64,000 nt of DNA, from NCBI GenBank assembly GCA_016208915.1, contig JACQXE010000051.1:619-64618 (forward strand). Direction: 5' to 3'. This DNA is from Nitrospirota bacterium (GTDB lineage: Bacteria > Nitrospirota > Thermodesulfovibrionia > Thermodesulfovibrionales > UBA1546). The notes beneath the pieces are model-generated. The model saw only the letters and a program-made list of their open reading frames with translations, was not told where the DNA came from and searched no databases. Made by a program: the position numbers and the translations under genes. Of the stretch, positions 10,364-19,605 are shown one piece after another. Within the stretch, counting starts at the first letter, position 1; the number at the start of each line of letters is the position of its first letter.

Positions 10364-10506
10364 AAGTTCGCCCTCCTGCCTAAAGTTCTACTTTAAAAGA
10401 ATATCTGTTAATCTTCAAAATGTCAAGGATTTATTTGATTTTATCGGAGGTCTGTTTTGAGGATTTTAAAGAATCTCAGAAAAAAATAGTTGGCATATAG
10501 GAAAGC

Positions 10507-11418
10507 TTATCTCCGGACTATCAAAAACAAGGTAATGAGTAAGATTAAGATTATTATCCCTATTCCTATATTTTTTATCCACCCGAATCGTCTTGACTCA
10601 ATGTATATCATTTTCTCATAGGATTTTACGCCTTCATTTTCATATCCGGCAGCTTGTCCTTCATCATTGGAAGGCTCCTTTGTACCCTGATCTAATGAAT
10701 CCCGGTCAGCAGAAAGCCTTGAGGTCTTATCCTTATACTCTGAGACGACCTGATCTCTTTCGCTCTTTATTTCTTCCAACCGGTTTTTCATTACTGATAT
10801 TTCATTATTGAGGGAAAGATTCTCTTCTGTTTTTTCATGAACCAGACCCCTCAGTTCAGTTATTATCCTTTTGAATTCTTCAATCTCATTTTGTTGTTCG
10901 CTCCCCGAATCTGTTTTTTTAGCCGGCTCGCTGCTCAGTGAATCGAGCCGTTCTTTGAGTTCATCATTCTGCGCCTCTTTGAGTTCAAGCTCTTTTTTCT
11001 CAACTTCAGCCCTCAGATCATCAATAGTTTTTTCCAGGTCTAAAATATTTTCATTGAGGTGTTTATTCTCTTCGAGCAAAGTATTTTCACGATCCTGAAT
11101 GCTTTCAATTCCTTGCTTTAGCTCTAATATCTCCATATTCCGCAGTATGTCAAGGTCTGCCAGCCTGTCATGCAGTATTTTTCTTTCCTCGAATGCCTTA
11201 TGCAATGCGTGTATGAGCCTGTCTTTTTCTTTGGCGGATATTGCTATCTGGGTATTCTTATCTTCTGTTATCTCTTCAAGATGTGCTATCTCTTTAAGGG
11301 CTTTTAAGAGTCTTTCTCTGAGGTTTTTTGTATCAGGTTGTTCTGAGGGTGTTTTATCCTGTCTTTGCCGGAACGGGTCATCAGGCTGAAGCTCATCAAG
11401 CACAAAATCAGAATCCAT
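10507..11418 (-). CDS. Coiled-coil protein with C-terminal TM anchor
   Basis: E/K/L-rich heptads, hydrophobic tail IGIGIIILILLITLFLIVRR. Confidence 0.7.
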   Translation of the reverse strand: MDSDFVLDELQPDDPFRQRQDKTPSEQPDTKNLRERLLKALKEIAHLEEITEDKNTQIAISAKEKDRLIHALHKAFEERKILHDRLADLDILRNMEILELKQGIESIQDRENTLLEENKHLNENILDLEKTIDDLRAEVEKKELELKEAQNDELKERLDSLSSEPAKKTDSGSEQQNEIEEFKRIITELRGLVHEKTEENLSLNNEISVMKNRLEEIKSERDQVVSEYKDKTSRLSADRDSLDQGTKEPSNDEGQAAGYENEGVKSYEKMIYIESRRFGWIKNIGIGIIILILLITLFLIVRR

Positions 11419-11549
11419 ATTAAAACACTCTATGCTTTATCATTTTTCAAAAACATATCCTATCTCTCTGACAAAGTCAAGCTTAAATGTCTTGCCGCAA
11501 ATCTATGCCCTGATGCAAAATAGATAGATTATTTTATATAATTAAAGCA

Positions 11550-11681
11550 ATGGAATGCAGGGAATGTAAAGGGAGCTTAAAACTGTACATAGGGTGAAAG
11601 GCAGTGAGTCTGCGCTGCATGGGATGCGGCAGAATATATCCTCCCTTGTTTATATTTGATAGAAAAAGGCGATTAATATGA
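11550..11681 (+). CDS. Candidate dual-CXXC small selenoprotein (in-frame UGA at 11595)
   Basis: MECRECKGSLKLYIG-UGA-KAVSLRCMGCGRIY; hairpin right after UGA; stop overlaps ccsA start (ATGA). Confidence 0.6.
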
Positions 11682-12550
11682 CAGCAGAGGAAATACTTTC
11701 GAGAGATGCATTTTTGCTCGGCATGGAACTCAGGCTTTTCTGGCTTGTTGCCTTGCTCTATGCTATAAGTTTTCTAATAGGAATTTCTTATCTTCTCTCA
11801 TCAAGAAAGGCTGCTGGAAGGTTTCTGACAGTCAGTCTATGGTTCACTGCAATTGTTCATACGTTGCTTATTATATTCAGGACGATCGAGGGTCAGAGAC
11901 CGCCGTTCCAGACCCTTTACGAGACGCTTTCATGGTTTGCATGGTCAGCAAACATAACATATCTATTTGTCCAATCAAGATGGAAAGAGATACATTTTCC
12001 GGGAATCTTTGTATCAGGCATTGCAATGGCTGCATGTCTTTACAGCATTTTCACAAGAAGCCCTGAGATAATTCCTCTGCCTCCTGCCCTGCAGAGCCCA
12101 TGGTATGAGGCACATGTGATTATCGCATTTCTTGCCTATGCTGTATTTGTTGTCAGTTTTGCCGTAGAGCTGACGCATCTGATATTTGAAAGGACTTTCA
12201 GAAATAATGCGCTTGTGTTCGGTTTCCCTTTTGAAGGGTTTCACAGGTATGCGCACAGGCTTGTGCTTTTTGGATTTCCACTTATGACATTCGCTGTATT
12301 TTCGGGCGCTGCATGGGCAAATGATGCATGGGGAAGGTACTGGTCTTGGGACCCTAAGGAGACATGGTCATTGATTACATGGACGGTCTATGCAATGTAT
12401 CTTCACAGCAGGGCAATAGCAAGATGGAGAGATAATCCTGCGTCATTCCTGAATATCTTGGGTTTTATATGTATGATAATGACATTCCTCGGCGTGAACT
12501 GGCTTGCTAAACTGCTAAATATACCGAGCATGCACACATATGGCGTCTAA
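11678..12550 (+). CDS. ccsA: Cytochrome c biogenesis system II protein CcsA/ResC
   Basis: WWD motif GAAWANDAWGRYWSWDPKETW, MHTY. Confidence 0.92.
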   Translation: MTAEEILSRDAFLLGMELRLFWLVALLYAISFLIGISYLLSSRKAAGRFLTVSLWFTAIVHTLLIIFRTIEGQRPPFQTLYETLSWFAWSANITYLFVQSRWKEIHFPGIFVSGIAMAACLYSIFTRSPEIIPLPPALQSPWYEAHVIIAFLAYAVFVVSFAVELTHLIFERTFRNNALVFGFPFEGFHRYAHRLVLFGFPLMTFAVFSGAAWANDAWGRYWSWDPKETWSLITWTVYAMYLHSRAIARWRDNPASFLNILGFICMIMTFLGVNWLAKLLNIPSMHTYGV

Positions 12551-13949
12551 CAGACTCTATAACACATTTTCATCGTTAAAGACATCCGTAGTGATACTCG
12601 CTGCCATGTCAGTGTTTTATATCCTCGGGACGATATTTCCACAGGGCGGAGATGTCGGAGACTATATGAAGGCAGGCGGAAAATATATCACGATTGTTAA
12701 GGCCTTCAGTCTGCTTAATATATTTACGTCGCCATTATTCTTAATGCTCTCTATGCTCCTTTCTGCCAACCTTGTCATATGCATCTATGAAAGGTTCAAG
12801 ATGATGAAGGCAAGGGCTAAAGTGATCCCTCTGGAATCGATTATGAATAATCCGAACCTTATAGAGATAGGCAAGGGAGAATACAGCAATACAATTTTTA
12901 GCCGTTTGAAAGGCATGAGGTTCAGACTTATTGAAGAAGGAGAAGGTTATTATGTTTTTGGAAAAGGATTACCCTACTGGTGGCTCTCATGGATATATCA
13001 TTTAGGTATAGTAGTTGCCATTATCGGGTTTCTGCTGACAGCGCTTATGTCATTCGAGAAAGAAGCGACGCTGTATAAAGATACGCCTGAAAAAATCTCC
13101 CTGTATAGCCAGGAGACAAGGCTTAATGAATATCTGAAAAAGCTCGGTCTCAATATACCGAAAGAAGACAAGTCAAAGGAATATTTCCTGATATTAAAAG
13201 ATTTCAAGACCGAATATTATCAGTCCTTGAAATTCGAATATCCCAAGGAAAAACTTTCGCGGCTGGCAACAGTCATCGGCTGGCGGCCAATAGAGCCGTC
13301 AAAAGAGGGCGGACTTTCTCCCAAGATGTGGAAGACAGCGCTTGAGCTGAAGACTCCTGATAACAAAACAAAGGAGGCATCTTTATGGGTCAATCATCCG
13401 TTCAGATACAGAGGGCTTACGCTTTATCAGATGGGCTTCGAACAAAAGATGAGTATGGTTGTGGCAGGCAGAACCGTTGAGATAAATTCGATGGAACAGT
13501 TCGAAATCCCGGGCATAAAAGGAAAGTTTATAACATCGCCTGTCAAGACCGGAAAGGTTTTCAAAAAAGACGGTACAGAAGATAATGTGAAACCATTTTT
13601 TGACCTCTCATATATACCTGAGGGCAAGAAAAAGGAAAAATTGAAAGAGGTATATCTCGGCAGACAGGAAGACATTCGTGGTGTAAAAGTCCTGTTCAGG
13701 AATCTTAAAGAAGGAAGCTCATTGAGTTACAGGGTTGATCCTGGGGTTCCATTGATAGGGATATCAACGCTTCTTGTCTTTCTCGGCCTCTTAGTGAGGT
13801 GCCTTGGCTACTGGTACAGGGTTTATATTGTAATAAAGGGAAGGAAGATATTCACTCTTATAAGCACGAGGGGATTGTTCGCAAACAAAGACAGAATTCT
13901 AAAAAATATCCTGAATTCTGAAAGAAATGTCCTACTAGATAAGCACTAA
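12540..13949 (+). CDS. resB: Cytochrome c biogenesis protein ResB/CcsB
   Basis: GTIFPQ, HLG, VNHPFRYRGLTLYQ, DPG; adjacent to ccsA. Confidence 0.85.
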   Translation: MASNRLYNTFSSLKTSVVILAAMSVFYILGTIFPQGGDVGDYMKAGGKYITIVKAFSLLNIFTSPLFLMLSMLLSANLVICIYERFKMMKARAKVIPLESIMNNPNLIEIGKGEYSNTIFSRLKGMRFRLIEEGEGYYVFGKGLPYWWLSWIYHLGIVVAIIGFLLTALMSFEKEATLYKDTPEKISLYSQETRLNEYLKKLGLNIPKEDKSKEYFLILKDFKTEYYQSLKFEYPKEKLSRLATVIGWRPIEPSKEGGLSPKMWKTALELKTPDNKTKEASLWVNHPFRYRGLTLYQMGFEQKMSMVVAGRTVEINSMEQFEIPGIKGKFITSPVKTGKVFKKDGTEDNVKPFFDLSYIPEGKKKEKLKEVYLGRQEDIRGVKVLFRNLKEGSSLSYRVDPGVPLIGISTLLVFLGLLVRCLGYWYRVYIVIKGRKIFTLISTRGLFANKDRILKNILNSERNVLLDKH

Positions 13950-14015
13950 ATAAGGCAGCAAAACGTATCGAAAAATAAATTTTTCTCAACATCTGCATTA
14001 TTTTAAAAGTGTAAA

Positions 14016-14091
14016 GGGCGGTTAGCTCAGCTGGGAGAGCGCCACGTTCGCAACGTGGAAGTCGGGGGTTCGAATCCCCTACCGTCCACCA
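14016..14091 (+). tRNA. tRNA-Ala(CGC)
   Basis: 76-nt cloverleaf, G3.U70 pair, anticodon arm CCACG-TTCGCAA-CGTGG, TTCGAAT T-loop, encoded CCA. Confidence 0.95.
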
Positions 14092-14295
14092 TTTTTTACT
14101 AATAAAATCAAGGGTTGATACCCCTAAAAAACCGTCAGTAAACCGTCAGTAAACTATAAAGTAGATGCGTGGGCTTCTGGTCGGGATATTTTCTGCTACA
14201 AATTTGCTACACTCACCACGCACCATGATAGTCTGTAACTGAAACTTCCCGCCGCAGAGACGGCGGGGTATCTTAAGAAAATTTAACCATCGTGT

Positions 14296-14352
14296 TGTCA
14301 TTCCCGCTTGTCGGGAATCCTTCAGAAAGATTCTGGACAAGCCAGAATGACA
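14296..14352. repeat. REP-like element TGTCATTCCCG..CGGGAATCC...GAATGAC (copy 1)
   Basis: Double hairpin; second copy 23793-23896; flanked by related CCC..GCAGAGAC..GGGGTAT palindromes. Confidence 0.75.
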
Positions 14353-14567
14353 GAAATTAGGAAACCCCACAGCAGAGACTGAGGGGTATTGAAAATTAAT
14401 AAAGCATACTCCTGAAACAGCACGAACAATTTTCCCATAAAATACGAAATGCTATTAAACTGTCTCTCTGTAAACCTGTTCCATTGCAGACATTGCGCTT
14501 AAAGACCGAGAGGTGAAGAACTTTTCCCCTCATTATCCGCAATGTTAGAAATGAGAGATGAAAAAAG

Positions 14568-14789
14568 TGTCGGATTTCTTTACACTTTTTAGTTTGCCTT
14601 TTTATAGCCATTTTGAAAAAATCCTTTAAAATCAATATAGATAAAGATTGGGGTTGTAAAGATGTAAAGTTTTCGACACTTTCCTACGCTTTTTTTCTGA
14701 GAAACTTTACACTTTTGATAGAGAATAAAAAGGCATTTTTGAAATATTTTTTAAAATCAATGAGTTATAAATCAGGTACAGATATTGCT
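14568..14789 (+). promoter_or_regulatory. Sigma54 promoter + IHF site + enhancer-like boxes (copy B)
   Basis: AGGTACAGATATTGCT 14774-14789; AATCAATGAGTTA 14755-14767; TGTCGGATTTCTTTACA 14568-14584; inverted homolog of the 4630-4842 region. Confidence 0.7.
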
Positions 14790-14938
14790 TGAGATGTTAA
14801 TGGATAAGAACGTCTTTTGTTTTATCCTTGACAGTTTTCATCTGAATGTGGTGTTATTTATCAGTTTTTCAGGGGAAGCAAGAGGAGCAACAGCCTAACT
14901 GTAATGGCGCTACATTTTTAAAAGACATATGATAGCAG

Positions 14939-15217
14939 ATGGATAGAGATAAGCTAAAAGCATCAGTAAAAAATATGGGAACTAAAGCATTGACGGATAA
15001 GTGTCCGCTCTGTGGAGGCATCAAAAAGGCAGGGAAAAGTACTTTTACAGTAGATTTAGGTTTTGGTGTCGTTGTAGTAAGAGATGTGCCTGCAACTGTA
15101 TGCTCCCAGTGTGGCGCAGACTGGATTGAGGATGCGGTTGCATCAAAGTTGGAAGGGATTGTGAATGATGCCCGGCAGAAGCACCTTACAGTAGAGATCA
15201 CAACGCTATCTGCTTAA
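14939..15217 (+). CDS. YgiT-type zinc finger (MqsA-like antitoxin), orphan; start may be 14975
   Basis: CPLCGG...VVRDVPATVCSQCG. Confidence 0.8.
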   Translation: MDRDKLKASVKNMGTKALTDKCPLCGGIKKAGKSTFTVDLGFGVVVVRDVPATVCSQCGADWIEDAVASKLEGIVNDARQKHLTVEITTLSA

Positions 15218-15328
15218 GGCAAGGATTTTATCGAGTTTTTTTGGGGGATGAAGAGAGGCAAAATGGGGTAAATAAATCTAAGGCATCAATTCTGCAAAGA
15301 TTCAAGAAATTCTTTTTAATTTTGAATT

Positions 15329-15364
15329 AAAGGGCATGTATAAAACATGCCCTTTTTGTTTTTA
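15329..15364 (+). terminator. Terminator-like hairpin in conserved leader (copy B)
   Basis: AAAGGGCATGT..ACATGCCCTTT followed by TTGTTTTT. Confidence 0.6.
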
Positions 15365-15444
15365 TAAAGAGTAAGATGAAATAAGAGAAAATAATTTTCT
15401 CTTATTGAGATTTAAAAAAGGAAGGAATTATAAAGGAGAGTAAT

Positions 15445-18400
15445 ATGAAGCTGCTAAAAATGAATTCTTCAAGAAAGTTAATGGTTATATTTTTTATCTT
15501 CTTTATTTTTGGATTCGCACGAAATGGTTTTTCAACGTTATCTGATAATGCAGGTGGGCAGCCTTCTGTAAGACCCTTAGATTTAACGAAATATCCGACA
15601 TCAGAAGAAATCACGGCGGCCGGTCAGCTTGGAGGCCCTATCTATCCCACTCATGAAATACAGGATAAGAGCAGAAGAGAGGTGATAAATCTTTCTTTTG
15701 GTAAAGCCATACAGGAATGGAACAGGCATGAATATGTGACGGCTGTCCAATTGTTCCAGGAACATATCCAGGAATTTCCAGACAGTCCGTGGGTATCTGA
15801 AGCAATCCTCCATATAGGCTGTGATGCCCATTACAATGGAAGATACAATGAGGCAGAAGAAAGCTTCAAATGGATAATAGAGGAGAATAAAGACAAAGAT
15901 TACGATGGCGCCAGAAGACTGCTGAACAAAGCGAGGCTGCGGCTCGGCGTATTGAGTGTCGAACAATACAAGTTTAGTGAAGCAAAAGAGCTGTTCCATG
16001 AACTTAAAAGAGAAGGTTCTGATTGGCGCGAACGCACCTATGCGGCTCACTGGATACAGCGCCTTTCCAGATATTCGGCCAATGAGCTTGCCATGCTTAA
16101 TTGCGGGACAAAGGCTCTTGCGTATTTATTAGAAAAAGAGGGGAAAAAGGATGAGGCGCGTAAGGTGATGGAACAGTTGCCTGAAACCAGCCAGGGCCAC
16201 AGCATGAAGGCCCTTTCCGATATCGCTTCCAGATACGGATATAGCATGGCTGTCCTCAGGGTTACGCTGAAGGAACTGAAAAAACTGCCCCTGCCCGCAA
16301 TTGTTCACTTGGGCGCGAAAACGCCGGGAAGGGGCGGACACTACTGGATTTTGGAGAAGATTAAGGAAGACTCCGTTGAATTACATGATCCGCAATCAGG
16401 CCGCAGGTTCGGGCAGAGCCTCAAAGCATTCGCAAAGGAATGGAGCAGCCGTGCACTCGTATTTTCAGACAAAAAAGACCTTCCCGGCATAAAGCTGACT
16501 GAAGGTGATATGAAACAGTTCTATGGCGGATGCTGCGGAGTCCCAGCTCCGGAAGATGGCAATGGAGATCCGGGCCGCAACGGAGGGCCAGACCCTAAAG
16601 GAGATTGTCCAGGCCCCTATGGTTCTCCGGGCTGGTCTGTGAATATCATCAACTTGAATCTCTATGTACACGATATTCCATTATGGTATAGGAGCACTTT
16701 AGGCCCCTCAGTAGAGATTTCACTGAGCTACAATTCCCAATCGGCTATAGCCTATAACGAACCCTTCGGTAATAAGTGGCAGTTCAATTACGGCAGTTAT
16801 CTCGTTGTTGATACCTCAGGGAATGTGACTGTATTCATGCCGGACGGCAGACGTGATGAGTATACAAAGAATTATTCAGGGGATTACAATCATCCCTATC
16901 AAGTATTCAATACGCTCACCAAGATTGGTGAAAATCATTATGAATTGAAATTCCATAATGATACAGTTTATGTATATAACATTCCTTCGGGAACGAGTTC
17001 TCTCCAGCCTTTTCTTGTTGAGATACGCGACCGTCAAGGGCAAAAGCTCACCTTTAATTATGATACGAATGTCCGATTAACGACGATTAACGATGCACTC
17101 GGAAGGACAACTAACCTTACATATAATGCGCAAGGACTTGTAACACAGGTTACAGATCCCTTCAGCCGTTCCGCTGCATTTGAATATGACGCCGATAGGA
17201 ATCTTACGAAAATTACTGATATGGGCGGATATTGGTCAACAATCAGCTACGATGCGGACGTTTACATCACGAGCATAGAGAACCAGAAGGGAAAGTGGTT
17301 ATTTTATATCGAGCCGGCTGACGGGATTCCAAACGGCTCAAATGATTACCCGCCGCCGGGTGGAACTATGTGGCAGGATTACCGTATTACGATCACGAAT
17401 CCGTTAAACGATAAGGAAGAGTACCATTACACCGGCAATCTCGTGTATGCCTGGTATGTGTCTCCCAAACATTATGTTCCATATGCGAGCAGTTCTGTTA
17501 ACAACTTCAGAAGCGCTTTTAAAACCGTCTTTCACAGTACTGTCATATCCGGACGCGGTGAGATCGGCACAATCCAGGACCCTGAAGGAGTTACTGTTAC
17601 TTTCGGCTATGACCCTAACGGCAACAGAACGAGCATCAAGGATGCGAATGGCAACACAACATCGATTGCATATGACACACAGGGCAATATTACGAGCATT
17701 ACAGATCCGCTCAGCAATCTGGTTCAGTTGAATTACGACAGCAACAATAATCTCACCAGCCTGATCGATCCGGCAGGAAATATTTATGCCTATACCTATG
17801 ATCCTGGCAACAATATCGATTTAACAAAGATTACTGATCCAAAAAGCGGCGAGACAACCTTTACCTATTATTCCTATGGCAAGCTAAAGACACTGACAGA
17901 CGCAAAGGGGCAGACAACCTCGTTCGAATATGATAGCCAATGGAATCTTACGAAAGTGATAAGCCCCGGCGGGACTGACATTTATGCCTATGATGCTGTG
18001 GGAAGGGTTGAATCTCATACCGACCCGAAAAGCAATACCCTCCATTACACCTATGACAATTTAAATCGTCTATTGCACATCACATATCCCGACAGCTTCA
18101 TAAAAGAATACGCTTATGACTGCTGCGGGTTTGACAGCGTTACGGACAGAAACGGGACAGTCACATTCTCACATGATGATATGCACAGAATCTCCAGTGT
18201 CACTGACGTATACGGCAACCTGATATCCTATGCCTATGATAAAAACAGCAACCTTTTCACTCTTACCTATCCCGATAGCAAGCAAGTCGTTTATGCATAT
18301 GACAACGCGGACCGCTTGATCAATGTTACAGACTGGCTGAATAATGTGACATCTTACGTATATGATTCTGTCGGTGCGCTTGTCGGCACAATATTGCCCG

Positions 18401-19518
18401 ATAATTCCATCACAATGTATGAATATGATAAGGCACAGAGGCTTACATCGTTTCTGGATTTCGCAAGTGATGCGAGCGTGAACGCTGTCTTCAAATATAC
18501 GCTCGATAAGCTGGGGAACAGGACAGCTATCAACTTCTATCAGCCGCTCAACATGGTTTCGCCTTTGCAGAATACCAGCTATACATACAACAGCGACAAT
18601 AGATTGCTCACAGCCGGAAGCACATCCTATAGTTATGACAATAACGGGAATCTGATAACTAAGACACAGGGAGGCAATGTTACAAACTATTCATGGGACT
18701 TCAACAACATGCTTGCTCAGGTTACAGTTGGTGGAAACACCTATGGATACAAATATGACGGCCTTGGGAACAGGATTGCAAAAACAGTGAATTCTGTTGA
18801 GACAAGATATGCAGTTGATCCAAAAGGTGGATTGTCAAAGGTTCTGGCAGAAACGACAGCAACCGGAAGCATCACTTCTTATTATGTCTACGGACTTGGT
18901 CTTATCTCAAAAATAACCCCTTCCGGGCAGGCATATTACTATCATTATGATGGTATAGGCAGTACCATTGCTATAACCGATTCATTAGGAAACACAGTCA
19001 ACAAATATGCCTACGATGCATTCGGAAAAGTCATAAGCCAGACAGAAACAATCCCAAATCCATTTAAATATGTCGGAAGGTTTGGCGTGATGGATGACGG
19101 GAATGGATTGCTCTATATGCGGGCAAGATATTATGACCCTGAGGTTGGGAGGTTTATAAATAAAGATCCTGTCAGGTTTATAGACGGATCGAATACTTAT
19201 GTTTATGTGGAAAACAATCCAATAAGATTTATCGATCCTCTTGGAAACGACCTATTAGATGTCTCTCTTTCATGTGTGGCGGCAACTCTTGGAACGTTCT
19301 TCCCAGAGGTTGGTGCGGCGGCGGCGATTCCGTTAGCAGGATTGGCATGTGCGATTTCAACAGATGCGGCTTCAATTGGACTAACTTTGGGCGGTATCTT
19401 AAATCCGGTGGTTGGATGGGCCAGCTGTGTTTACGAAATAAGTAGAATACTTAAAGAATTGAGAGACGAGCAGCGAAGGATAAATATAGAAACCTATGGG
19501 TTGGAATACTATCATTAG
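15445..19518 (+). CDS. Rhs/YD-repeat protein with signal/TM, TPR-like region, C39 peptidase domain and hydrophobic C-terminal extension
   Basis: NCGTKAL..GHY..HDP; YD repeats; Rhs core YMRARYYDPEVGRFINKDP...YVENNPIRFIDPLG. Confidence 0.88.
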   Translation: MKLLKMNSSRKLMVIFFIFFIFGFARNGFSTLSDNAGGQPSVRPLDLTKYPTSEEITAAGQLGGPIYPTHEIQDKSRREVINLSFGKAIQEWNRHEYVTAVQLFQEHIQEFPDSPWVSEAILHIGCDAHYNGRYNEAEESFKWIIEENKDKDYDGARRLLNKARLRLGVLSVEQYKFSEAKELFHELKREGSDWRERTYAAHWIQRLSRYSANELAMLNCGTKALAYLLEKEGKKDEARKVMEQLPETSQGHSMKALSDIASRYGYSMAVLRVTLKELKKLPLPAIVHLGAKTPGRGGHYWILEKIKEDSVELHDPQSGRRFGQSLKAFAKEWSSRALVFSDKKDLPGIKLTEGDMKQFYGGCCGVPAPEDGNGDPGRNGGPDPKGDCPGPYGSPGWSVNIINLNLYVHDIPLWYRSTLGPSVEISLSYNSQSAIAYNEPFGNKWQFNYGSYLVVDTSGNVTVFMPDGRRDEYTKNYSGDYNHPYQVFNTLTKIGENHYELKFHNDTVYVYNIPSGTSSLQPFLVEIRDRQGQKLTFNYDTNVRLTTINDALGRTTNLTYNAQGLVTQVTDPFSRSAAFEYDADRNLTKITDMGGYWSTISYDADVYITSIENQKGKWLFYIEPADGIPNGSNDYPPPGGTMWQDYRITITNPLNDKEEYHYTGNLVYAWYVSPKHYVPYASSSVNNFRSAFKTVFHSTVISGRGEIGTIQDPEGVTVTFGYDPNGNRTSIKDANGNTTSIAYDTQGNITSITDPLSNLVQLNYDSNNNLTSLIDPAGNIYAYTYDPGNNIDLTKITDPKSGETTFTYYSYGKLKTLTDAKGQTTSFEYDSQWNLTKVISPGGTDIYAYDAVGRVESHTDPKSNTLHYTYDNLNRLLHITYPDSFIKEYAYDCCGFDSVTDRNGTVTFSHDDMHRISSVTDVYGNLISYAYDKNSNLFTLTYPDSKQVVYAYDNADRLINVTDWLNNVTSYVYDSVGALVGTILPDNSITMYEYDKAQRLTSFLDFASDASVNAVFKYTLDKLGNRTAINFYQPLNMVSPLQNTSYTYNSDNRLLTAGSTSYSYDNNGNLITKTQGGNVTNYSWDFNNMLAQVTVGGNTYGYKYDGLGNRIAKTVNSVETRYAVDPKGGLSKVLAETTATGSITSYYVYGLGLISKITPSGQAYYYHYDGIGSTIAITDSLGNTVNKYAYDAFGKVISQTETIPNPFKYVGRFGVMDDGNGLLYMRARYYDPEVGRFINKDPVRFIDGSNTYVYVENNPIRFIDPLGNDLLDVSLSCVAATLGTFFPEVGAAAAIPLAGLACAISTDAASIGLTLGGILNPVVGWASCVYEISRILKELRDEQRRINIETYGLEYYH

Positions 19519-19605
19519 CAAAGCAATTTAAAGGCAAGAAACAGATAAAGGAAGATAAACGGTTCTATTTATGACGACAAAGTGAAACATACGGAGGGCT
19601 GAGAG

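Noticed and set aside
14146-14635. ORFs 14146-14370 and 14396-14635, and a possible integrase remnant
   Set aside because: They run through REP-like palindromes and promoter DNA; no convincing tyrosine-recombinase motifs
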